From Candidatus Latescibacterota bacterium (GTDB taxonomy: Bacteria > Latescibacterota > UBA2968 > UBA8231), in the NCBI GenBank assembly GCA_965223905.1, contig CBDCXV010000011.1:288001-352000 (forward strand): a stretch of DNA of 64,000 nt, written 5' to 3'. The translations under genes were made by a program, and so were the position numbers. Below are positions 11,270 to 22,343 of the stretch, one piece after another (the first letter of the stretch is position 1; each line of letters begins with the position of its first letter). The notes beneath the pieces are model-generated. The model had not been told where the DNA came from and did no database searches. It saw only the letters and a list, made by a program, of their open reading frames with translations.

Positions 11270-12715
11270 CTACTCCTTCGAGTCGGCGATCGCCTGCAAG
11301 GCGAGCTGCTTGCAGCGGTCGATGTCGTAGTCGCGCAGGATCGTGATCTTCTGCGCTTCCAGCGATCCTTCGGCATGGATCGACAGTAGCTCGTTGTAGC
11401 CCCCAAAGTCGGAGGCGGTGAGATCCCGAACGAGGTTGAAAGCCCGCAGGCGGTCCTCTGTCGCTACCCCCCCGGCTCCGCCGAGGAAACGCTCGATGTA
11501 CTCACGGGTATCGGGATTCTCCAGATCCTTCTCTGACGGCCCCGTTACCACCAACCCTCCGGCGATGTCCTGCACCCAGCAGACCGCCTGGTGGTAATTG
11601 CTGGCAAAGTAATACTTGGCAAGGTTGGTCAGGATGATATTCGGCACAGCCAGGCCGTGATCGGTTATTCGGCAATCGAAGGCCGCGGCGCGACCGAGCC
11701 CTCGCACGGTTTCCGTCCAGGCGATCAGCTTCGTCAGCTTATCACGTACGTGGCTGGGTTTTTCGATGCCGTTGTACTCCGCCAGGAGGGCCGAGGCTCC
11801 GATGAACAAGTCGCAAAGGGGTGGCTTGTATGACACCGCGGTGAACCGGTGGAACTCGACGAAAGTGTTGGCCAGGAAACCGGCGGCTTGCCACTCTCCT
11901 TTGAGAAAAACGTTCTCGTTGGGAATGAAGACATCGTCGAAGACGGTCAGGGTGTCGACGAGCCGGTGCCGTGAGCTGACCGGGTGGTGAAATCGGCTCG
12001 GCTCGGGAGAGCCGAACGGACTGGCGATCAGTTTGACCCCCTCGGCGCCCACGGGGACCGCGAAGGCGACGGCGTACTCTGAGTCCCCCTCGCCGATGGC
12101 GCGCGTGGGGATGACGATGAGGAAGTCGACAAAGGGTGAATTGGTGGTGTGGGCCTTGGCTCCGCGTACGACAATGCCGTCGCTGCGCTCTTCGACGATG
12201 TGGACGTAGTAGTCGGGGTGTTCCTGCTGAGAAGGCAACAGGCTGCGGTCGCCCTTGGCATCGGTCTGGGCCACCGCCAGGGCGAGATCCTCGCGTCGGC
12301 ATTTGCGATGAAACGCCGCAACCCGTTCGCCGTAGTTCGTTCCCGCCTTGGAATCGACTACCCTGGAAACGAGATCGAGGGCGAAAAGAGCGTCGGTGCC
12401 GATCTCCTTGATCAGCAGCACCACGCTGCCGCCGAGACGGGTCGAGCGCTCGATCATCTCCCTGCGGTTGAGCAGATCCTCGGTACATGCCGGCTTCTTG
12501 AAATAGCGGCTGCTCAGCTCCCCATCCTCGTCTTCGTACACAAAGAGATCGCGATGGTCGGGATCTTCGGCGAGCCTGTAGTCGAGCGCCACGTGCTCGC
12601 AGCAGATCCCGAGGTCGGGGTGGGTCGTCACGTCATCGACCCGCTCCCCTTTCGAGTAGACCGCTCTCCCGTCCCGAAGGCCGGCCTTGAATTCCTCTTC
12701 CGTGCGCAGTCCCAT
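11270..12715 (-). CDS. 4-hydroxyphenylacetate 3-hydroxylase / 4-hydroxybutyryl-CoA dehydratase family flavoprotein
   Basis: AQTDAKGDRS, GIVVRGAKAHTT and VFDDVFIP motifs. Confidence 0.85.
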   Translation of the reverse strand: MGLRTEEEFKAGLRDGRAVYSKGERVDDVTTHPDLGICCEHVALDYRLAEDPDHRDLFVYEDEDGELSSRYFKKPACTEDLLNRREMIERSTRLGGSVVLLIKEIGTDALFALDLVSRVVDSKAGTNYGERVAAFHRKCRREDLALAVAQTDAKGDRSLLPSQQEHPDYYVHIVEERSDGIVVRGAKAHTTNSPFVDFLIVIPTRAIGEGDSEYAVAFAVPVGAEGVKLIASPFGSPEPSRFHHPVSSRHRLVDTLTVFDDVFIPNENVFLKGEWQAAGFLANTFVEFHRFTAVSYKPPLCDLFIGASALLAEYNGIEKPSHVRDKLTKLIAWTETVRGLGRAAAFDCRITDHGLAVPNIILTNLAKYYFASNYHQAVCWVQDIAGGLVVTGPSEKDLENPDTREYIERFLGGAGGVATEDRLRAFNLVRDLTASDFGGYNELLSIHAEGSLEAQKITILRDYDIDRCKQLALQAIADSKE

Positions 12716-12779
12716 CGCTCAGAAATCCTCCTTACCCGTTTCGCATATCGATTTCCACGATCCTTCGGCTCTTGGTTCA

Positions 12780-15092
12780 TCAGTTTCTCAATGGTTTGCC
12801 GGTCTCGAGCATGTGCCGCATGCGCTCCCTTGTTGCAGGCATGCCGCACAGCTCGAGAAAGGTCTCTCGTTCGAGGTCGAGAAAATCCTGCTCGCTCGCT
12901 CCTGTGGGGGTCAGACCGCGACCGCAGACTACTCTAGCAAGGCGCACACCTACCTTGTAGTCGTGGCTAGTGATTTTTTCCGAATCGCGCTCGGCGGCCA
13001 GGACCTGATGCAGGCGGTCCGCTTCCCGATCTCCTGCGGTTTCGATCGCCTGCCTGACGGGCGGCTGGTACCCGGAGGCAAAATCTGAGCCGAGACGGAG
13101 AGCTTCGCCGACAATTCCGCCGTCGTTCATGCGAACCCTGTCTTCGGCCTGGACGAGCCCCCATTGCCTGCCCTGGTGGGCATTGTCGCTGAAGCGCCCG
13201 GAGGAAATCGTGCGAAAGGCGCGATCGATGGGGCGGCCGGCGCTCCGACGCGCCATTTCCTTGCAGCCGCCGGCGCCCGGGATGAGGCCGACCGAGGTCT
13301 CGACCAGGCCGATGCGCAGCTCCGCCGCGACGACGCGTGCCGAGGCCGAGAGACAGAGCTCGCACCCGCCTCCCAGGGCGAGGCCGCGGGCTGCAGCAAT
13401 CACGGGAAAGGGGGCGAAACGCACCGCCATGCACGCCTTCTGGAAATCCGCTACATAGCGTTCCAGCTCGTCCCACCTGCGGGACTCTGCCAACTCCATG
13501 ATGTAGGAGAGGTCGGCTCCGGCAGAAAAATTGCCGCCGCCCCCGTACAGTACCAGGAAATCCAGCCCCGCCCCTGCAACAGTGCGCTCGACCAGGGTCA
13601 GCGACGGGGGCCCGATCACGTTCAGCTTTCCGGAGAAAACCAGGACACCCGCTCCTCCGAGCCGCACCAGGCGGGCGTTCTCCGCTGCATCTGAAATCTC
13701 TCCGGCTGCAAGCAGATCCGCATCGGTCGGGTCGGCAACCGGCGCCGGGCAATGCCTTTCTTCGGAGAGTGAGTACGCCTGCCTCCCGCTGTCGGTGCTT
13801 GTATAGAACGCCTTGGCAGAAGACCGCGATATCGCCTGCAGCAGCCCGGGTACGGAGCGGCCGCTCTTCCTGAGATGAGCTGCCAGTCTGTCGGTCCCGA
13901 TCAGGTCCGCGACCTCGAACGGCCCGGTCTCCCAGTTGAACCCCCACCTCATGGCGCGATCGATCCAGTCGACGCCTGCGGCCATTTCCGCGCCGTTTTG
14001 CACTGCATAGGAGACGACCTCGGCGAGATGGCCGCGGGCAAATTCCGCCAACTTTCCGCTGCTGTTCATCAACCCCTCGAGGCGGTCTCGTACCCCGCGA
14101 CGGGAGGCGACCTCCGCCAGTTCTCCCCCGGGATCCACCTGCCTTCGCGGCCGGTACTGCATGCTGCCGAGATCGAGGACTTCGATTTGCCCTGCTTCAT
14201 TCCTGCGGTAAAACCCACCCCCGGATTTTTCCCCTAGAAATCCCATAGCGATCATCGAAGTCAGAAATCCGGGTGCCGCGAAGGTTTCCCGCCCGGGGTC
14301 TTCGGGTAGGTTGTCGTAGGCCGTGGCGGCAACGTCCGCGAGCACGTCGAGCCCGATGATATCGCTGAGTCGCAGGGTGGCGCTGCGCGGCCTTCCGATC
14401 AGCATCCCGGTCGCTGTATCGACCTCCTCGGCGACCAGGTCCGACCGCTGCATGCGGTGGAGGGCATCCATGAGCGCGAAGACGCCGACCCGGTTGGCGA
14501 TGAAGTTGGGTGTATCGCGGCACTCGACCACTCCCTTGCCGAGCTCCCGTTCCAGGAAACGCGTCATCCGCCGCAGGACCTCCGTGTCGGTGTCCGCCGC
14601 GGGGACGACTTCGACGAGCTTCATGTAGCGAGGCGGATTGAAGAAGTGCACCCCCATGAACAGGCGCCGGAACTTTTCCGTGCGGCCCGTTGACATCCCG
14701 TTGACCGACAGACCGGAGGTGTTGGTGCTGATACACTGAATCACCGCGGAGCCGGCAACGGCGTCGTCGACGCGGGCGAGCAGCTCCCTCTTGGCGGCCA
14801 GGTCTTCGACAATCGCCTCGACGATCCAGTGAGTGGTACGCAGGGGCTGAAGGTCTTCGAGTGACCGGCAGCGGATGGACCTGGCGATCTCGCTGGAGAA
14901 AAACGCCGGCGGCCTGCTGTTCAGGGCGCTGGCCAACCCCTCCTCGGCCAGACGGGTGGGGTTGCCTTCAACCGGGAGGTCGTAGAGATCGACGCTGAGA
15001 CCTGCGTTGGCGAGAAACGCTGCAATCCGCGATCCCATCACCCCAGACCCAAGAACCGCCACCCTTGCGAACGGCTCGTTTTCCGACGCCAT
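12780..15092 (-). CDS. 3-hydroxyacyl-CoA dehydrogenase/enoyl-CoA hydratase (FadN-like)
   Basis: GSGVMG, NTSGL, HFFNPPRYM, DTPNFIANR, LGGGCE and C-terminal ETGKPLRN. Confidence 0.93.
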   Translation of the reverse strand: MASENEPFARVAVLGSGVMGSRIAAFLANAGLSVDLYDLPVEGNPTRLAEEGLASALNSRPPAFFSSEIARSIRCRSLEDLQPLRTTHWIVEAIVEDLAAKRELLARVDDAVAGSAVIQCISTNTSGLSVNGMSTGRTEKFRRLFMGVHFFNPPRYMKLVEVVPAADTDTEVLRRMTRFLERELGKGVVECRDTPNFIANRVGVFALMDALHRMQRSDLVAEEVDTATGMLIGRPRSATLRLSDIIGLDVLADVAATAYDNLPEDPGRETFAAPGFLTSMIAMGFLGEKSGGGFYRRNEAGQIEVLDLGSMQYRPRRQVDPGGELAEVASRRGVRDRLEGLMNSSGKLAEFARGHLAEVVSYAVQNGAEMAAGVDWIDRAMRWGFNWETGPFEVADLIGTDRLAAHLRKSGRSVPGLLQAISRSSAKAFYTSTDSGRQAYSLSEERHCPAPVADPTDADLLAAGEISDAAENARLVRLGGAGVLVFSGKLNVIGPPSLTLVERTVAGAGLDFLVLYGGGGNFSAGADLSYIMELAESRRWDELERYVADFQKACMAVRFAPFPVIAAARGLALGGGCELCLSASARVVAAELRIGLVETSVGLIPGAGGCKEMARRSAGRPIDRAFRTISSGRFSDNAHQGRQWGLVQAEDRVRMNDGGIVGEALRLGSDFASGYQPPVRQAIETAGDREADRLHQVLAAERDSEKITSHDYKVGVRLARVVCGRGLTPTGASEQDFLDLERETFLELCGMPATRERMRHMLETGKPLRN

Positions 15093-15291
15093 TACCGCCT
15101 CGCCATAAGGTATCAATCTCATGTCAACCCTTTTTGGTCCGAACTCCAGGGAGGGGAACTGTCTCGAATTCAAGAAGACCGGGTCAGGTGCCGGGCCGTA
15201 TTCGACCGCACGCGTTTTCGGGCGGAACGGCGGATTGGCGCCAGAAAAGCCGGTTTGGGGAGCACGAAATCGGGCCCAGCCAACTGGGGAA

Positions 15292-15627
15292 CTACATCCT
15301 CATGGGTAGCCCGGCGGCCTGCAGGTCCCCTCTACCGAGCCGTTTCTGAAACCGCACGCGCACGGTCCAGATCGCCAACGAAGTGACCGCCGCTACGACC
15401 ACCACGAAATACAACCCTTTGCCGACAACCTGGACGAAGGAGCCGGTCGAGACAGTCGTCATCGCAACAACGAGAAGGATGGAGGTCATTATGGTGATGG
15501 TGAGCCATTTGAGCGCCCGTTGGCACATGACGATCAGGGCGGCACACGTCTCGGGATCGACAGCATTCCCTGGCCGTCTCCCCGAGAGAGGCTGAGGTTT
15601 TTCCGCCTTCTTTCTGTTTCTGGCCAT
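15292..15627 (-). CDS. Small hypothetical membrane protein (2 TM)
   Basis: Two hydrophobic segments; starts 17 bp after the dxr stop on the same strand. Confidence 0.6.
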   Translation of the reverse strand: MARNRKKAEKPQPLSGRRPGNAVDPETCAALIVMCQRALKWLTITIMTSILLVVAMTTVSTGSFVQVVGKGLYFVVVVAAVTSLAIWTVRVRFQKRLGRGDLQAAGLPMRM

Positions 15628-15644
15628 GGTTCAGGTGGTTTGCA

Positions 15645-16838
15645 TTATGTCCCGGTGGGAGTGCACTCATCCACGAGTGCGGAAGCGAGCCGTCTAGCTT
15701 CCCCGTCGGCTTCGAGCACGTCGCCGAGCGACACGACAGCCCCCCGCCCCGAACAGCCCACTGCCTGCTCGCAAACTTCGCGGTTGACCTCATATATGTC
15801 GAGAAAACCGATGCGCCCTTCGAGGAAGGCAGCCACGGCGATTTCGTCGGCGGCGTTGAGGGCGGCGGGTGCGCAGCCGCCCGTCCTCCCGGCTTCGCAA
15901 CAGAGCCGCAAACAGGGAAACCCGGTCCAGTCCGGTTCCTCGAAGTGCAAGGCCCCGACGGCGGCCAGGTCGAGGGGCTCGAGGACGGCCGGTTCCCGCG
16001 CCGGATGGGTCAAGGCGTACTGGATCGGCAGCTTCATGTCGGTCCTGCCGAGGTGGGCGAGCCATGACCCATCTGCAAACTCCACCATCGAGTGCACGAC
16101 CGATTCCCTGTGGACGAGGACGTCGATTTGATCGATCTCCACATCGAATAGCCACGAAGCTTCAATCACCTCGAAACCCTTGTTCATCAAAGTGGCCGAA
16201 TCGACGGTGATCTTGCTACCCATCTTCCAGGTGGGATGAGCCAGGGCCTGCTGCGGCGTTACCGACATCATCTGCTCCCGAGTCAGGCCGCGGAAGGGTC
16301 CACCCGATGCCGTCAGTATCACCCGCTTCAGGCTCTCCTTCGGTTCCCCGTGCAGGCACTGCCATATGGCGCTTGGCTCGCTGTCGATGGGGAGGATCTC
16401 TCCTCCGTGTGCCTTGGCCGCATCCAGGATGATCCCTCCGGCCATGACCAGCGGCTCCTTGTTGGCCATGGCCACCTTCTTGCCTGCGCTGACCGAGTCG
16501 AGAGTCGGCAGCAACCCCGCCGCACCCACCAACCCGTTTATGACGACCTCGACCTCGTCGATGGTGGCAATCTCCCTGAGGCCTGGGATCCCGGACAGCA
16601 CCGAGACCTCGGACGGCAGGCTCTCCCGCACCCGGGCTTCGTCCTTGCCGTCGGCGACGCTGACCCAGCGAGGCCGCCAGGCGCGGGCCCGCTCGATGAG
16701 CTTGTCTACCCGGCGCCCGGCACTCAGGGCGACGACGGGAAATCGATCCCGCCCCAGGCTTTCGATGACGTCGAAGGTCGAGTCCCCTATGGATCCTGTG
16801 CATCCGAGGATGGCTACCGCGGTGGAATCCGGGTTCAT
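15645..16838 (-). CDS. dxr: 1-deoxy-D-xylulose-5-phosphate reductoisomerase
   Basis: GCTGSIG, ANKE, LPIDSE, LTASGGPF and HPTWKMGSKITVDSATLMNKGFE. Confidence 0.97.
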   Translation of the reverse strand: MNPDSTAVAILGCTGSIGDSTFDVIESLGRDRFPVVALSAGRRVDKLIERARAWRPRWVSVADGKDEARVRESLPSEVSVLSGIPGLREIATIDEVEVVINGLVGAAGLLPTLDSVSAGKKVAMANKEPLVMAGGIILDAAKAHGGEILPIDSEPSAIWQCLHGEPKESLKRVILTASGGPFRGLTREQMMSVTPQQALAHPTWKMGSKITVDSATLMNKGFEVIEASWLFDVEIDQIDVLVHRESVVHSMVEFADGSWLAHLGRTDMKLPIQYALTHPAREPAVLEPLDLAAVGALHFEEPDWTGFPCLRLCCEAGRTGGCAPAALNAADEIAVAAFLEGRIGFLDIYEVNREVCEQAVGCSGRGAVVSLGDVLEADGEARRLASALVDECTPTGT

Positions 16839-16894
16839 CGTGCGTTGCGGTCGTCCGTGCCGCTCTGGAAAGGACGCTCTCTCTTCCCGGACGC

Positions 16895-18580
16895 TCAGCT
16901 GGGAACGCCGCGCGGCCTTCGCTGCTGGGGGCGACGGTGGTTGCCGTGGCGGTTGTTGTTGCGCTGACCGCTCTTCGGCCGCTGGCGTCCGGTGAAACGA
17001 ACCGATCGGGTCTCTCGGACTACCATCACTTTCACCTCACCCGCGAAGGTAAGCTCGTTCTTGACGCGCTCGGCAATGTCGAAGGCCAGGATTTCCGCAT
17101 CGTCATCGCTTATGCGGTCACCGCGGACCATCACGCGTATCTCACGTCCGGCATTTATGGCATAAACGTCCTTCACCCCGTCGAACGAGTTGGCGATCTC
17201 TTCGAGCTTCATGATGCGGCGGGCATACCCCTCGAGATCTTCACGGCGTCCCCCGGGACGGCTCGACGAAATCGCGTCCGCCGCCTTCACCAGGAAGCAG
17301 ATCGGATTGAGGCGCTCGTGATCCTCGTGATGCTCGGCGATCACTTCCTTGACGACCGGGTGCTCCCCGTACCGTTCCGCCAGCTCCACCCCGAGGTCGA
17401 TGTGAGTGCCCTTCATGTCGTGGCTGACGGTCTTGCCGATGTCGTGCAACAGTCCAGCCCGTCGCGCCAACTTGACATCGACCCCGATGTCGCCTGCCAT
17501 CAGCCCAGCCAGATGCGCCACCTCGAGACAGTGCTGCAGCTGGTTCTGACCGTAGCTGCTGCGGTACTTCAGGCGACCTACCGTACGCGGCACTTCCGGA
17601 TGGTATTCGGCCGCCCCGATCTCTTTCAGCGCGCACTTGCCGGCCTCCACCATTTCCGACTCGAGTTCCTTCCTGGCCGCTTCTACAACTTCATCGATTC
17701 GGTTGGGCGTGAACCCCCCATCCTTTACCAGCCGCTCCATCGAGAGCGCGGCGACCTCCCTCTTGATGGGATCGAAGGAGGAAATCAGGACGGTATCGGG
17801 AGTATCGTCGACCACCACCTTGACACCCGTAGCGTTCTCGAAGGCCCTGACGTTGCGCCCCTCCTTGCCGATGATGCGGCTCTTGAGGCCCTCGTTGGGC
17901 AAGGCAACGGTCGACGTGGAAAAGTGTTCGGCCTCTTCCACTGCGCAACGCTGAATCGCCTGCGCAATGATTTTGCGGGCTTCGCGGTCGGACTCCTCTC
18001 GCGCCTTGGCGCGCTCGGCACGTATCATCGCCGCCGCACTGCCCTTCACTTCAGCGGACAGGTTCTCCAGCAGCTGTTCCTTGGCCTCTTCTGCCGTAAA
18101 GTTGGCGACCATCTCCAGCCGCTGCCGGTACTGATCGCGATTCTGGTTCAGTTCGGCCGCGGCCTCGCTCACCGACTTGTCGCGGGCTGCGACTTTGCGC
18201 TCGTCTACCTTCAAACGCGCCCATTCCTTGCGCAAATCCTCGCGTTTGCTGGTGATTTCGCGATCCTTTGCAGCAACCGCGTTCTCCCGCTTTCCGATTC
18301 CGAGGAGCTGGTTTTCCAGATCCTTTTCCTGCTCCGCCCTGGCCTTGTACCAGTTATCCTTCTCCTCCAGGATACTGATTCTTTGCGACCGCTCTTCCTC
18401 GGCGAGCCGGCGTGCTACGCGTTTCTCGGCTTCTTCCTCCATGCGCGCCTGGCTGCTTTTTTTCAAGAAATGGAAAACCGAAAAACCGATCCCTATTCCC
18501 AACAGCAGGAGACCGGCACAGAAGAGCACCGCAAGCCAGACATCCACACTCGGGATGAAAGACTGCGTCGAATCTACCAT
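16895..18580 (-). CDS. rny: Ribonuclease Y
   Basis: N-terminal TM and coiled coil, KH motif RIIGKEGRN, HD motif LLHDIGK, and AGREIRV. Confidence 0.95.
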   Translation of the reverse strand: MVDSTQSFIPSVDVWLAVLFCAGLLLLGIGIGFSVFHFLKKSSQARMEEEAEKRVARRLAEEERSQRISILEEKDNWYKARAEQEKDLENQLLGIGKRENAVAAKDREITSKREDLRKEWARLKVDERKVAARDKSVSEAAAELNQNRDQYRQRLEMVANFTAEEAKEQLLENLSAEVKGSAAAMIRAERAKAREESDREARKIIAQAIQRCAVEEAEHFSTSTVALPNEGLKSRIIGKEGRNVRAFENATGVKVVVDDTPDTVLISSFDPIKREVAALSMERLVKDGGFTPNRIDEVVEAARKELESEMVEAGKCALKEIGAAEYHPEVPRTVGRLKYRSSYGQNQLQHCLEVAHLAGLMAGDIGVDVKLARRAGLLHDIGKTVSHDMKGTHIDLGVELAERYGEHPVVKEVIAEHHEDHERLNPICFLVKAADAISSSRPGGRREDLEGYARRIMKLEEIANSFDGVKDVYAINAGREIRVMVRGDRISDDDAEILAFDIAERVKNELTFAGEVKVMVVRETRSVRFTGRQRPKSGQRNNNRHGNHRRPQQRRPRGVPS

Positions 18581-18736
18581 GGCTGTTCACCGTTGACATC
18601 CAGTTAGTCGGTTTTGACCTGTATTCATTCAGCCCGGGTTCGCGCTTTTGAAAATGCCGCCGGGTCCTGCTTCGGGTGAACACGGATCCTGCCTTCCCGA
18701 TTTCTTCGGACACCGAACCGAGTTCGTGCGGGGTCT

Positions 18737-20140
18737 TCACTTGCAGATCTCCCGCGCCCTATGCATTGTGCCAGCAATCATCGCCCGGCGCTCTTGGCTT
18801 CTGAGCCAGCGTTCGCCCACATCCTCCGACAGCTCGTGGATGGGATCGAAAAACAGGAACAGTTCGCCGGGGCGAACCTCTGGACTGAGGAATACGGCAA
18901 TCCCGAGTTCTCTGTCGTAAAATTCGTGAGAATGAACGTGACGCTTGCCGCCGCCGCCCATCGTGTCGACGACGAAGTTCGGCATGTGAAACCCTGCTGT
19001 AACGCCGCGAATCTCCTTCTCCAGCCGCTGCGCCGCGGCCAGAGTCGTGCGCAATTCCTCGACTCCTTTCACCATGTCGTGAAGGAACACGTAGTACGGC
19101 TGCACGTTGACGTAACCGAGCCGGAGCACCAGCAGCTTCATGGTATCCGGGTCGTCGTTCACGCCTCGTTGCAGCACCGCCTGATTGCGAACGACGATGC
19201 CCTCTCCGGTCAACCGGTCTAGGGCAGCTTTCGTCAACGCGGTTATCTCGCGAGGGTGATTGAAGTGGGTGTGAAGCGCGACCTGCTTGTGCTCGCGACG
19301 CCCGCGCTCGAACACGCTGCGCAAGGCCGCTACCCAAGGGTCATCCGTCAGCAGCTTCTGTGGCATGACCGCAGGTCCCTTGGTGGCAAAACGCAGTCTG
19401 CGGATGTGATCGATGTCTAGCAACCTGTCGCCGATGAGCTTGAGGTCTTTCGGCTTGAGGTTGTAGGCGTCGCCGCCGCTGATGACGATGTCCTCGAGCT
19501 CCGGGTGGTTGGCGACGTATGAAAAAACATCCTCCCAGCGCTCGGCGTTGACCCCGAAGCGGGCCTTCTCGACTTCTTCGGTGTCGAGCCCCACGGAATA
19601 CGACCGGGTGCAGAACCTGCAGTAGACCGGACAGGTATCGAGCGCCAGGAACAGCCCCCGGTCGCGGTAGCGATGGGTGAGGCCGGAAACCGGCGAGTCT
19701 GCCTGTTCATTCAGGGAATCGAGCCTGAGCTCGGGATGGTCCGGCATTGCACGCGAGGCCAACGGCAGGAATTGCGTGCGCAGCGGATCGTCGTACGGCT
19801 CGCTCCAATCGATGAGGCTGACGATGTAGGGCGAGATGCGCACGCTCATCGTTGCGTTCCGCACCCCTCGCTCCGCGTTTTCGCAGAAATCGTCGGAGAC
19901 CAGGTCCCCAAGAATTCCCCGGAGCTTGCGGACCGAGGTAATCGAGTTGCGACTCTGAAACCGGTGGTCGTTGAACTCCTCGGCGCTCAACCGCGAATAG
20001 GCCGGGATTCGACGCCAGAAATCGTCGTCGCGAAGCTGGCGGTGGTCGTCTGCCAAGTCGGAGCCAAGTGAGGTTAGAACCTCACCGGACGACTTTTTTA
20101 CGGCTGCGGACCACGCCGCGTCCTGGGCAGGCGTAGACAT
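18737..20140 (-). CDS. KamA-family radical SAM (lysine 2,3-aminomutase-like)
   Basis: THRYRDR, CPVYCRFCTR, SGGD, THFNHPRE and GGGGK. Confidence 0.9.
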   Translation of the reverse strand: MSTPAQDAAWSAAVKKSSGEVLTSLGSDLADDHRQLRDDDFWRRIPAYSRLSAEEFNDHRFQSRNSITSVRKLRGILGDLVSDDFCENAERGVRNATMSVRISPYIVSLIDWSEPYDDPLRTQFLPLASRAMPDHPELRLDSLNEQADSPVSGLTHRYRDRGLFLALDTCPVYCRFCTRSYSVGLDTEEVEKARFGVNAERWEDVFSYVANHPELEDIVISGGDAYNLKPKDLKLIGDRLLDIDHIRRLRFATKGPAVMPQKLLTDDPWVAALRSVFERGRREHKQVALHTHFNHPREITALTKAALDRLTGEGIVVRNQAVLQRGVNDDPDTMKLLVLRLGYVNVQPYYVFLHDMVKGVEELRTTLAAAQRLEKEIRGVTAGFHMPNFVVDTMGGGGKRHVHSHEFYDRELGIAVFLSPEVRPGELFLFFDPIHELSEDVGERWLRSQERRAMIAGTMHRAREICK

Positions 20141-20464
20141 TTGATCCGGGGGTACCAGCGCTGCCAGCAGTTTGGATCACTGGCGAACCGCGCCGGGCCC
20201 GGAAGAGAGGGGTTGTAATGCAACTGGCGAACCCTTCGACTGCCATGCAACTTCACATGGCAAAATCGCCCGGTTCGCTAGAGGCCGGGAATTTCGCTGA
20301 CTGTGCCGCTTCTACGGCCGTCAATCCGGCAATCGAAGATCATTTCCGGCTCCTCGGCCGTTGGCCTGGAATCGATGTAGCAGGCTGACCGCGCAGGCGG
20401 CATCGCCAGTCTTGCAGCACGGGGCCGGGCCTCCGAACTACCTGCCTCTCTCCCGCGGCTTCCC

Positions 20465-21073
<609 letters not shown>

Positions 21074-21209
21074 GACTCATCCTTTCGTGAATTTGAACAT
21101 TGGGGTGTGCGCTGCGAAAAATGCGGCACCGAGCAGTCGCTCCTGCCGGCAACGCATTCGAGTCTGAGAAATAAGCATTTCCGGGAACCGAGGCGAGGGA
21201 GTGGTTGCA

Positions 21210-21593
21210 TCAACTCTCCGAGATCCGCCGCTTGGCAAAATCGGCCAAAGCCGCCCGAATGGCGTCCTCGGCGAGAACGGAACAGTGTACTTTCATGGGA
21301 GGAAGCCCACCCAACGCCTCTACCACGTCCTGCTTGCTGATGCGGGAAATCTCTTCGAGGGTGGCGCCGGTGACCATTTCGGTAAGGATCGAACCCGCGG
21401 CAATGGCAGCTGCGCAACCGAAAGTCTTGAACGATGCGCGCTCGGCGCGTCCGTCCGCAATGGACAGATACAAGTGAAGAACGTCCCCGCAGGCTGAATT
21501 TTCAGCTATCCCGACCGCGTCGGCGCTTTCAATGATGCCGGTGTTGCGCGGATTCCGGAAATGATCAAGAACGGTATCACTGTAACCGGCCAC
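21210..21593 (-). CDS. iscU: Fe-S cluster scaffold, IscU/NifU_N family
   Basis: DHFRNPRN, CGD, FKTFGC and KVHCS. Confidence 0.92.
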   Translation of the reverse strand: MAGYSDTVLDHFRNPRNTGIIESADAVGIAENSACGDVLHLYLSIADGRAERASFKTFGCAAAIAAGSILTEMVTGATLEEISRISKQDVVEALGGLPPMKVHCSVLAEDAIRAALADFAKRRISES

Positions 21594-21657
21594 GGGAGAT
21601 ACAACCCTTGTAAGTAGCTGTTAATCAGTAGGTTCCGCTATCTTTGCAAGCGGCGGA

Positions 21658-21686
21658 AATGTACTCGGCTTCCATGCGGATGTCAA
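21658..21686 (-). promoter_or_regulatory. sigma70-type promoter for iscU
   Basis: TTGACA-17 bp-TACATT on the minus strand. Confidence 0.6.
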
Positions 21687-21702
21687 CTGCGGAGGTCGGG
21701 CG

Positions 21703-22020
21703 TCAGGCACTGAGGTCGAGAGTACCTGTCCCTCCTTGGCTGTTCTGCCAGTAGGCGCGCGCATGCTTGACCAGATCCCACATCACCGTTTCGGAAGCAA
21801 CCGCGTCTACCAAGCGGTACATGCTTTCCCTCTTCTCCTCTTCGATCAGACCAAGTCCACCCATCATGGTCAGATGGTGAACGAGTCCTGTCTGCAGCAA
21901 GGTACGATTCATTTCTGCCAAACCTATTGCACTTTCGGCCTCGAACTCCTCCATCAATCCCTCGTAAAGCTGGGCGAGTTCGTTCGACAAGGTGGCCTCG
22001 ATCTCAAAAACCAGATCCAT
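21703..22020 (-). CDS. Hypothetical acidic helical protein (105 aa)
   Basis: MDLVFEIEATLSNELAQ...; protein-like composition, no recognised motif. Confidence 0.65.
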   Translation of the reverse strand: MDLVFEIEATLSNELAQLYEGLMEEFEAESAIGLAEMNRTLLQTGLVHHLTMMGGLGLIEEEKRESMYRLVDAVASETVMWDLVKHARAYWQNSQGGTGTLDLSA

Positions 22021-22190
22021 GGCAAGGGTCCTTTTGGGGATAGGTTCGGGGGATCCTCTGGCGGAAACCGGAACGTGCAAGTGCTTCTGCAAACTCCTGT
22101 TGGGACTCAACCCCTGCTGAAGCTGCGCGGAGGGCCGTCGATGATTGCCGTCGATGATTCATGACTCGGGAAAGGACTGGAGTGGTCCAA

Positions 22191-22343
22191 TCAGGGCTCT
22201 CTCGACAACAGGCGCCAGCCGTAATAAAGAAGGGCCCCTATCAGGGCGATAGAAGCGGCTGCGACCAGGATGTTGAACAACATCTTCAGCGCAAAGAATG
22301 CGCCGATGGCCAGCATCAAGCCTCCCAGAATCTTGACCAACAT
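22191..22343 (-). CDS. 50-aa small membrane protein
   Basis: Read by hand: MLVKILGGLMLAIGAFFALKMLFNILVAAASIALIGALLYYGWRLLSREP, with AGGAGG upstream. Too short to appear in the ORF track. Confidence 0.75.
   Translation of the reverse strand: MLVKILGGLMLAIGAFFALKMLFNILVAAASIALIGALLYYGWRLLSREP

Noticed and set aside
16937-18607. Long antisense ORFs (here and opposite many other genes)
   Set aside because: Expected in high-GC DNA; the opposite strand carries clear conserved genes.
18581-18736. 6S RNA upstream of rny
   Set aside because: No long self-complementary rod or zapA context is visible.
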